Positions 25,118 to 37,100 of a DNA stretch of 64,000 nt are shown one piece after another; the stretch's first letter is position 1; every line of letters starts with the position of its first letter. The stretch covers positions 2,542,001 through 2,606,000 of the forward strand of contig NC_134036.1 in NCBI RefSeq assembly GCF_964204645.1. Reading direction: 5' to 3'. Below the pieces are notes generated by a model, which saw nothing but the letters and a program-made list of their open reading frames with translations, was not told where the DNA came from and made no database searches. The stretch comes from Tubulanus polymorphus (lineage: Eukaryota > Animalia > Nemertea). The translations under genes were made by a program, and so were the position numbers.

Positions 25118-28100
25118 GTAAGGCACCACCCTGTCGTCATTCATTCAGCCCTGTTTGTTTACTTTTTTTTTGCGATCGAGTTTTGAGTATCGTCAGTGTA
25201 CAGAATCGGCACATACTGACCTATCAGCTCCCTACCCATCAATTCCTTCCATATATCTTTCAAAATCATTTTTGTGTCAAGTATAGGATTTTTAGGTAAC
25301 CGTTTGTTTTGTTTTTGAGACTCTTATTTCAATGTCATTCGAACCATCACTTCCATGTAAGGTGCTCTCTCCATCTTAAGATATTTCCCTCTTAAGTTTA
25401 ATGTTTACTATAAGAATTATAACTTTTGGTTTGAGGGTTACAATTTTATCTATTTTTCGAAGGTACATTTCATTCAGATTTTTTTTTAGACAGTGTCATT
25501 TTCAAAGAACTTCTTTGAAAATTACACTGGCCAAAAGATCATGATGAGTCCCAATTCCAATTCTATCCCTTGAAAACCCTACAATTTGGTTAATATATTT
25601 TACTTAGGCTGTCTTAGCCCTTTTATACTGTTCCAGCAGCCGCCATACCATCCAATCTTTCTGAATTAGAATTTGATGATCGATGTGGATATTATTATTC
25701 AGAGAAAGACTAAATATATTCTGAAAATGGATAAACAAATTTAAACCTTTTATTCGGATATGTTTTATGTCTCTTACGTGAGGTGACCCCCGCCCCTATT
25801 CGGATATGTCTCTCTTACATGAGGTGACCCCTAATTAATACGAATTTGAAACGGGTTTTAAAGTACTGGTACGTCACGCATGTGACAATATAAATACGTA
25901 CTATCCGTCTGTCTGTATGTGTGTTTATAAGTGTATATATATATATTATTTATTTATGGTTTTATTTGAAGTTGTTCGAACGTCACAAACAATAAAAACT
26001 TCCTCAAAAGAATCATTGTTAATGAATGAATGAATGAATGAGTCATAGCTGTATTTAAGTGTTACTGTTGAGTAATTCTAATTTGAGGTCATTTTTCACT
26101 ATAAGAAAAGCCACTAATGGCTAACTTAGTCATGTGTACTTGGCCTATTTGCAACATGAAGTATCTTGAGAAATGATTTAGATTCATAGACTAGAAGAAT
26201 TGATACCTTGTTTCTCATTTCTGCTGAGTTTAAAAGTTGACCCGGCCGGACGCCTATCTAACCTGTACATTAGGCTAAACAAAAATGATACCTTGTTTCT
26301 CCGCAGCGGCCGGGTCATTTTTGTAAAATATGATAAAATTTATAAACAGTTCATTTCTATAGCGACCGGGTCTGTTATGGTAAAATTGATCACGATTTAA
26401 AAAAAAGTAATGTATAGGGTAGATAGGCGGCCGGCCGGGTCAACATTTAAGCTCAGGAGAGCGGAGAAACAAGGTATCAATTTTTTTAGCCTTACTTCTT
26501 TTTAAAATCATGATTCAGTTATAGTTCCATTAAAGTAAATATTCTTTGGGCATATTTTTTAATTCTTATGGACTGTGTAGTCCATATGGGTGAATCGGTG
26601 GTGCCCCTCCCTCTAAACCCATTGGGATATAGACATGATTTATCTAACAAAATTAATCGGTTTGCTTTATTTTACCCCGAAATAAAGCGGGTTTTAGTAG
26701 CGATATTCATGTTTATATATGTATATATATTAAATTGTTATTAGATTTGTTTTACCCTGACATGAAGCGGGCTTGGTTTAGTTGATTAACGATATTCAGT
26801 TTGAATATGTTTTTATGTATATTAAACATACTCTCCTGCAATCGGGAAGCAATTCCAAATATTATCATTGAACACACAATTTGTTAAGGTATAAAAACTT
26901 TGTTGTTTTATTTGATTTTTAGTATTCATAATATGTTACTGCTTCCTGAATTAATGTGATATGCTTAACAGTGGATGATAAAAATACCCAGCATGATCTC
27001 CGGTTCATAATTTAATATCCTGTTTATATCGCTCAGTGGGGATAGAGGGATGGAGTGAAGATATTTTTGCTGAAGTGATGTAATGTGTTTTGTTAGTTTA
27101 AAGAGAGACTGAATGAATTGAAACTGAGATTTGTTTCAGCGAGACTGGTAAAATTCTACGCCAAGTTGGTGTCGAATACTGAGTAAGAGTTTGTGAAATA
27201 CAATAGACTCTGTCTCTTACTGCGGTAAAGCTGAGACCAGTAAAATTCTACCCCGAGTTGATGTCAAATACTGAGTAAGAGTTTGTGAAATACAGTAGAC
27301 TCTGTCTCTTACTGCGGTAAAGTTGAGACCGGTAAAATTCTACCCCGAGTTGATGTCAAATACTGAGTAAGAGTTTGTGAAATACAGTAGACTCTGTCTC
27401 TTACTGCGGTAAAGTTGGGACCGGTAAAATTCTACCCCCATGTTCTTGAATGCGGAAAGTTAATCAAATTTACCATACAATGTAATTCGGTCGGGAATGA
27501 AAAATGTCTGTGTCTTATATAGCGTCAGTACGAGTAGGGTGGAGTCGTTTAGACATCAACAATTCCAATACAACTTCACTTCTTAAGAACTAACAGAAAT
27601 CTTGCCGTCTAGAACTTGAGACAATATAGGCCTATTAGCAACTTGTAAATGTTAAGGAGAAAAAAAAGGTCAATATGAAATCGGAAAATTCCGTGACACA
27701 AAGCATCGAATTGCTTCTTGGTGAAGTGAGTCATAATAATTTTTATTGAATCTGCAGAGAAAGAATCAGGGCAACTTATCACGTAGCTTGCCATATACTG
27801 ATAAACATTAATTGAACTAGACTGATGAACAATAGGTCCATATATTATTTCATAATCGATTCGAATTTTTTTTTTCTATTTTTCCAATCAGGTTTTCGTG
27901 TTGACTTATATCGCTAACAGCTAAATATAACCACAAGACTGTTTTTAAGATAAAAACCCACTGTCTACAGATAAAAAGAATTCAAAAACAAGAATTTATT
28001 TATTCAATCTAAAATATATAGAATACACGACGTTTCGATCCCTAAATTCTTGTTTTTAAAAAACTGGCGATGATCTCTAGGGTGAGATCGAAACGTCGTA

Positions 28101-31100
28101 TATTCTATATATTTTAGATTGAATAAATAAATTTTTGTTTTTAAATTCTTTTTATCTGTAAATAGTGGGATTTTATCTTATCATCCGTTCACCATGTTTG
28201 AGTATGGTTATCATTCTAAGGCAGTTTATTTTTGTTTATCGGATTTCTATTTATCTTTATAATTGTCGGTTTGACAAAATTGACATCTACGTATTAGGCC
28301 TATGTGTACAGCAGTACTTCACATTGCCTGTCTATGTCTGGATAATATAAGCCCCACCCAAGTGCTTTATTTCACCATATCGTATTATAGAATATTGCCA
28401 TGAATATTTGGTATTGTTCGATTTAGTATTTATTCCATTTTGCCTGGAACATTATTGAAACTGGGAAATATTTACGTTGATATAATATTAATATATATTA
28501 ATATATAATTATTATGATAATGTTGATAATCCGTAGATTTAATAGCATCTGTTTCATTTTGAAAGTGTTCACCAGCACCAGCAGTCGTTGTAAGTGAAAA
28601 CTGCATTACTTAGATGTGTTTAACTGTAATTGAATAAAATGAAAATTTACTCGCGTGATTTTCGTGGATTTTCGGACTAAGGATGGGCCTCAAAGAATTC
28701 TGCAAAAATCATCAAATTAAAAAAGATATTTTGCAAAAATGTTTTTTTTTTGTGTGTAAATTCTCCCATCATTTGAATCAAGTTCATCACAATTTTCGAT
28801 CCATTTTTATTCGATTCTGCAGTGCCCTCCAAGATTTAATGTGGCAGATACTTGAATAAAAAAAAGAATTTAATTTTTATTTTATTTTTCTGTTCCCTTC
28901 CATTTTAAAAGGCCTATTTGTATTATGAAATTTTTTTTTATTTTTCATTTTTTCTTGGAATTCTTCACAATTTTCACTCCATTTTTACATCATTCTGCAG
29001 TGCCTTCCGAGATTTAATGCAGCAAATAGTTACGTAATTAAAGAATAAAATCAATTTAATTTTTTCCATTTTAAAACGCCTATTTGTATCATGAAAATTT
29101 ATATTTTACATTTTTCATTTTTTTTCTTTAACCTCCAATTTTTTTTTCTTGAAAAAATATCCATACTTCAGGTAATTTTAAAAAGGCCCTTAAATTTTAA
29201 ATATTCAACTGTTTTTTATTGATTTCCAATTGCAGAATGTGGTAAATTGACGGATAGTATTTTACATTACGAAGGTTTATCGTACGCGACAGATCCAGTA
29301 CACAGCGAACATCAGAGAGTTCGGCGCTCTTTACAGCCGCATCAACAACAATTAAATATTCATTTTAAAGCTTTAAATAGGTACGTTTGATTTCCTGCCC
29401 GGGCCGGTTCCATAGTCATGGCTTTAGACTTATGACTTGAGACAGGGATTGATTGGTTCCATAGTTATGGCTTTAGACTTAAGACTTAAGACTGGGATTG
29501 GTTCCATAGTTATGGCTTTAGACTTAAGACTTGAGACAGGGATTGATTGGTTCCATAGTTATGGCTTTAGACTTAAGACTGGGATTGGTTCCATAGTCAT
29601 GGCTTTAGACTTAAGACTTGAGACAGGGATTGATTGGTTCCATAGTTATGGCTTTAGACTTAAGACTGGGATTGGTTCCATAGTCATGGCTTTAGACTTA
29701 AGACTTGAGACAGGGATTGATTGGTTCCATAGTTATGGCTTTAGACTTAAGACTGGGATTGGTTCCATAGTCTTGGCTTAGACTTAAGACCATTTGATTT
29801 TTATTAACATTAAATTCTGTGAACATGAATTTTCAATAAAACTAACGTTCGTCTTGAAATGACTCTTGTGGCTTAGACTTAAGACCAGTCCAAGACCAAC
29901 TTAACTCAATAGTATATCTAACAGCTTGAGACCAGTCTTAAGATTTAAGACTAATTTTGGACTTAAGTCTCTGAACTATGAAGCCAGCCCCTGAGGGTTT
30001 TCACTTCACTAACCCCTCCACCATGTAAAGCTATGTATTTATATATACTTGATTGTAAATTAATCAAAATCTCTATCGAAAGATGGCAGCACCTGTCAAA
30101 TGTGAAATTTTAGGAATGTCATATTAGTTGAGATATCTGTTGAAAGATGGCAGCACGAGTGTTGTGAAAGTTTTCGAACTAGTAAAACACTGCCAGCTTT
30201 ATAGGGTGGTAAATCATCCGTACTGAGAGAAGGAAATATATCCTCCTTCAATATATCCTTCTCGTCCTTCCCTTCAGTCATCCATCATTTATGAATAAAA
30301 TATCGCCTGAAAATGTCGTAACTATTTTCATGTTTCTGTTTCTGTGAATTGCAGAGATTTCAATCTGGTATTAAAACCCGATCGGAGTTCATTTACCGAT
30401 GATTTCCACGAAGAGCTGAACGACAAAACCATCGCTAAAACAGATTTATCATTTTTATACAAAGGGACTTTAGCGGGTATGTGTAGCTTTCGATGTTCTC
30501 TGAAGATGAAATTTATTAAGGACTACAAAACTGTCAGAATAAACTGTCAAATTATCAACTGAGGGCTTTGTAAGGGCCCAGTTTTAACTAAAAATCTCCA
30601 GTTGCACTGAAAAATTACCAGTTGCTGAAAATTTAGTTAAAGATAACCGGTGGATAGATACCAATGTAACAATGAACTTTTAATAGTCTCTATGTCAACT
30701 ATCCACTGGTTAACTCTAACCAACTATTGAGCAACTGCAGCCCCAATAGTATCGTAGGACAACTATCCACTGGTTAACTTAAACCAACTTTTTAACCTGG
30801 CCGCTGACCAGTTGAGAATATATAGTGAGGCTGGTCAAATAGAACTGTTGTATTTGCTTTAACTTTCAACTAGAAATCTTTAAACAAATGAGGCTATGTT
30901 CATACCCAGTTACCCAATTTAGTTAGCATGCCATAACCATACCATGTCATAACTGGAACAGTGTAATTTTAAATGTGTGTAATTGTAAATGTGTGTAATT
31001 GTAAATGTGTGTAATTGTAAATGTGTGTAATTGTGTATTCGCAGGAAATGTTTATAGTAAAGTTTATGGGTCGGTGCTCAACGGTATATTCTCCGGGGTC

Positions 31101-34100
31101 ATACGTACTCCAGACGACGTGTACCACGTGGAAAAGTCGTATTTATATTTCCCGCGCGACGACGACGATCGTCGGAAAAAATTCCATTCCATTATTTATC
31201 GCGAGAGCGACGTACGTGAACCCGACAACAATGGGGAATCTAGGTGAGTTACCGGGATGATGAATAACAATCGGAGTGGCGCATCTGACCTGGAAAACCT
31301 GGGAAAACTTGGAAAATTTGACATATTCTTGGAAATCTTAGGGAATTCAGATAATGCTATTGACATTTCTTAATTAATACGTGATTTAATGAAAAATTAA
31401 TTAATTTTTCCACCATGTAAAGTGGTATATTTATGCATATATGATTGCAAATTAATCAAAATCTCTATTGAAAGATGGCAGCACCTGTAAAATATCGAGA
31501 AATTTTAGGAATATCATATAAGTTGAGATATCTGTTGAAAGAAAACCTGGAAACAGGGCGGAATCAATCAGGGAAAAGGAATCAATCAGGGAAAACTTGG
31601 GGAATTTGACAAATTCTTGCAAAAAAAACCTTGAAAACTCGGGGAATTCAGATAATGATATTGACCTCGTGTTTCTTTATCAATACGTGATTTAATGAAA
31701 AATTAATGTATTTCAACATTTTAAACCTATGAATTTATCTGATTCGATCGGGGGTCATTTTGTGGAAAAATCAGGGAAAACTCTGGGCATTTATCAACAA
31801 GTGGCGCCACCTGACAATGAGAAACCGTGGTAATAACCGATATTGAATGTATTGTTGCAGTCGAATGAAACGTTCCGCCGCCGGAGGAATTCTCGGTCAC
31901 TGCGGTAATGACGATATCCGTGAATGGATGCGAAGAGAGCAGAATTTACCGGTCGTCGAGGATCCGAATAATCCGGTAGGTTTTCGATGATGTCATTAGG
32001 GGATTTGCGACGGGTGGTCTCGTAATTTTTTTTTTGAATTTTTTTCGAAATTTCTAAAAAAATTAACGAAACGTTGGATTTTTTTTTTTTCCAGAAAATA
32101 TCGGTGAACGTTCACACGTCGCATCGGAGCGAATCGAGTCACGCGAATATGTATACATCGCCGTCGTCGTCGTCGGGGCAACAACGCAACAATCGGTATA
32201 AACGCGCGACGAATACGAAATTGAAGGTTTGTCCGTTGTATTTGCAATCGGATACGATGTTGTGGGATCACGTTAGCGGTGTAGACAGCAACGGTAGACC
32301 GAGAAATGTACGTTTCAGCTGTTTATTATTATTATTATTCTTATTATTATTATTATTATTATGATAATTATTGTTATTGTTATTACTATTTGGTGGCCAT
32401 TTAGGCAAATCAGAGAAAAGTCAGGGAATTAGAACTTGACCGATACACGAGGATCGGCACAGATGAGCAACTAAACTAAAACAATAAGATAAAAAGCCCA
32501 CTATCTATAAATTAAAAGAATTTTAAAAGCATGAAATTTATGATAAATAAATTTCTTCGAATATATAAATTTCTTGATTTTAAAATTCATTTAATTTGTA
32601 CATAGGCCTAGCGGGTTTTTATCTTATTATCCGTTCACCACGTTTGAGTTTGGTTATCGTTCTTTAAACTTAAACAATGATTTTTAGCCCCATTTTACAC
32701 ACAGTTGAAATAGACAAGAGTCTTAGTAATTAATTTCGAATATCTCGTACATCAAAACCAACAATTAAGACTGTTTTTCTTATCATTGTTTCAGTCGCCG
32801 GAGGAAACGAGGAATGAAATATTGAGTATATTCAGTATTCACATACAGGGAATTAAAGATATTTACGAACCGACCGTTTTTGTGAACACGGCCGGTACGA
32901 AAAGATACAGCGGTATCTCATTCGCCGTACGGAGGGTCAAGGTCAGTACGGTAGTCTCTGTCTCTTCTTTCTTGGCGCAATTCTCACCAGCAAAATTTTA
33001 ATGCATTGAATCCTCGACAATATTCATATGCTTGATGCAAGAAAATGGCCACCTCCATATCTTTCCCTATGACATCATCAAATACAGTAATCATTGGTGG
33101 AGAAATGGCTGATTCCATAAATCTCCCTCTGACATCACCAAAAATTGATCTGGAGATGTAGACAATTCATAAAGATGGTCGCCTTCATGAATCCCACTAT
33201 GACATCATCAAATTGATCTAGTAGCCATTACAGGGAAGATGGCTGACTCCATAAATCCCACTCATGCATTTGGAGATGTAGATTTTTCAGAAAGATGGTT
33301 GCCTTCATAATTCCCACTCAAGGGGTGTACTCTTTATCAGATCGGAGAATCCGTTTGCCTCCAATCATACTCTATAATTGGTCACATGACTTTTTGGAGA
33401 GTCCAAAACCTCCTTTCTGTCGAGGTGGTGTGATTCGGATTTTGTGTGGAGCCAACTGGAGATTTCGGACGGAGACTTCGGAGGCCATAATAGAGTACGC
33501 CCAAGTAGCCATCCTCTATCGTACATGTACATGTATTTTTTGTAACGATATATTCACAAATTTTGTTTGTTTCTTTTTTTCATGCGTAGATCAATAAAAC
33601 GGACACAGATTGTCCTCAGGGATCGAGTACTCCGCAGTCGTTCAACCCGTATTGTAATCCGTACATCGACGCCGGCAACTTCTTAAACTTAAACTCGTTG
33701 AACAATCACACGATGTACTGTCTGGCGTACATCTTCACGTATCGGGATTTCAGCGGTGGAACATTAGGACTCGCGTGGGTCGGATCTCCTGGCAGTAAGT
33801 TATCATCATCATCATCATCATCATTGTCATCATCATCATCATCATCAAGAGAAATTAACACGGCTTGTTGAAGTCGGGATCTTTTTGGAACAGAAATTTT
33901 TATCTAACACGTTCGCTGTGAACTGCGATCTATGAGCCATCATTGCCACTAGAATTTATCCCATATTTTCTGCTGATCCTTCTTCTTCCGGCACGCAGGA
34001 ATGACACCGTTCTTGATTTTTCTGGCAATGGGAACAAACTCACGATGCTCATTGGTCAATTTTGAACAAAGCCTGAGCATGTTTTGATATGATTTATTTT

Positions 34101-37100
34101 CCAGTAAGATTTTTACAAAATTAATGAGTAAGGAAATACATTAAAGATGTAATAATATCAAATGAGGGAATTTTAGCTCCAGTGCCGCAATTTTACTACA
34201 ACAGTGGCAGCAAAAGTGTTGAACGTTTTAAAGTAAAAGATCAAGAACGTTTGTGCAGGAATTCTGTCTTAACCAGGAATTTGAAATCAATAGGCCTAAA
34301 TCTCTATGCGCCTGTGATGTTGATGATGCTCCCTCTCTTCCATTGCGGTTTGATATTTTTCATTTCGTCGATTCACTTTACAGAATCGAGCGGAGGAATC
34401 TGCGAAATCAATAAGTTGTACGAAGAAAAAGGAAAAGTCGTTTATAAAAGTTACAACACGGGAATCGTCACGTTCCTGAACTACGGAAACAAAGTCGCGA
34501 CAAAAGTGTCCATTTTAACGTTCGCTCACGAGGTCGGCCACAATTTCGGCTCACCGGTAGGTCGTTCAAAATGTCTGCATCCATAAATCCCCTAATGACA
34601 TCATCAAATTGATCTCCATAGAGACAATTGTAGAAAACATGGCTCCTTCTGTAAATCCCCTAATGACTTCATCAAATTGATGTGGTGATATAGAGCCTTC
34701 CAGAAAAGATGGCTGCCTCCATGAATCCCTCTATGATGTCATCAAATTGACATGGACTTGAGATGAACCTTCCAGCAAACATGGCTGCCCCCATAACCAT
34801 AAATTCCCCTATGACATCATCCAATTGATGTTGAGATAGAGAAGAAGATGGCTGCCTCCATAAATCCCCTTATGACATCATCAAATTATGACATCATCCC
34901 TAACGTCAAATTGATGTGGAGAAATATAACCTTCCAGAAAAGATGGCTGCCTCCATATCCATAAATTCCCCTATGACATCATCCAATTGATGTTGAGATA
35001 TAGAAAAAGATGGCTGCATCCATAATTCCCCTTATGACATCATCACCAATCTGACACAGAGATATAAATCATTCCAGCAATGATGGCTATCTCCATAAAT
35101 CCCCCTAAATGTCATATTTTGTTCTCTCATTGAATTCTAGCACGATTCCGGTGATGAATGCACCCCTTACTCAAGCTCAAAACAAAACCCGAACGGTAAT
35201 TATATAATGTTCGCTAGCGCCACCTCTGGCGATAAATCGAACAATCGTATGTTTTCGCCGTGCAGTAAATCGAACATCTCCGAAGTTCTTCACGCGGTGC
35301 TGAACAAAGAGAGCGGCAAACGAAATTGCTTCGACGGTAAGGAAACTTCGTTAATAAATCTGATATGCAAATTTATGCAAATTTTATGAGATTATGTATA
35401 TTTATGTTATTCGTAGTTTGGTATATTTTGACAGGAAGATAATTTAAATTCTATATGCACATTTTATGCAATCATGTAAATTTATGTTATTCATAGTTTG
35501 GCTTATTTTGATAGGGAGAAAATGTGAATTCTATATGCAAATTTATGCAAATTTTATGCATATACATAGATTTATGTCATTTCATAATCTTGTACTCAGA
35601 TTTTCTATGTCTCTATCTGCTACAGAAAGTAACGTTGCTTACTGCGGCAATGGAATAGTGGAGGAAGGTGAACAATGCGACTGCGGTTACCTCGGTGAAG
35701 ATGAGTGCGAGAGGGACAAATGTTGCTATGGACAAACTAATGATCCCTCAACAGCGTGTAAACTTAAACCCCGTTCAACTTGCAGGTCAGTCTCGCATCT
35801 GAATAACTTGAACGATTCAGTGAAATTAGGATTAATTACTAATGACGACCTTCTCATTCTCAATAACATCAACGATTCAGTAAAATTATCATAAGTTACT
35901 AATGACGACCTTCTCATTCTCAATAATTTCAACGATTCAGTAAAATTATGATTAGTTACAATGATGGAGTCAGTATGCTGATGAACTTCTCATTTCTGTT
36001 TCCAGTGTTAAAGACCCGTGTTGTAAATTGGATAAAGTGACACAGACATGCAGTCAGGTTCCTAAAAGCGCAAATAAATCTTGTCTATCAGAAACTGAAT
36101 GTTCATTGCCGACAACTTGCGAATATCCTTTTACCAGTAATGAATCAAATACTTTATACCGAGAAGGGGAGGAAGGGAGAGGGAGGGGGAGAAGTTGTTT
36201 TAAATGAAGAATGGAGTGTCAGTAGTGTTGAAGTATGTACTTACTTAGAGACCATGAAAGGAGAGAAATGAAAGAAGATGTAAGGAGGGAGGGAGAGAAA
36301 GGGAGGATAAAGCGAAGGAGGATGGGAGGGAGAAGCAATGAATTTCAAATACTGGTATCATATAAACTTATTGTTTCATTCTTTAACTCATTTCGCACTG
36401 GTATAAACGCCAATTGTCCAAAACCGAAGCCAAAGGCGAACGATACCGCCTGCAACGCGCAAACTCAAGTTTGTCTCGGCGGGGTAAGTGGTTTATTCTA
36501 TTCTACCAGACACACAACACGTACATTCAAAATCTGACTCGCACTGGGCCCAGTTTCACGAAAAAGTTTAAGCCTAAAACGGTTAAATCTGAATTGCTGT
36601 ACTCATTGAAGATATGAAGATATGAAGTAACCAATAGCGATTACACTAATAATTTTAGTTAAACTTTTCTGTGAAATAAGGCCCTGATTTGATTTATCAA
36701 AAAAGTCCACGTGTTACTTTAATCTGGAACGCTGTTTTCAGGAATGCTCCGGTTCGATTTGTCATACGATTCCCGGCTGGGAGGAATGTTACATCAAAGT
36801 CGATCCGCAGAAGAAGAACTCGGCGGAAAGCTGCTTTGTCGCTTGCCAGAGTAAGTTTCTCCATTGAAATACGCTGAATTTGATTTTGGAGCTAGGGAAG
36901 GTCTGGGGAAATTATCTTCCGTCTCTGATCTTGTTATTTTTCGAAAAAATAATTTTTCATTATCCGTGAATTTCAGAAAAAGGCACGAAAAACTGTATCA
37001 GCACAAAAAACCCCAATCTTAAAACTGCTGCTCCCGATATGCAAGACCTCATCAATAAATATAAAAAAGGGGAAGCTATTCAGCTCCCTGCTGGTAGGTG

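Noticed and set aside
29437-29781. 114-aa repetitive ORF
   Set aside because: It is a translation of the MITE-derived array in ADAM10 intron 2.
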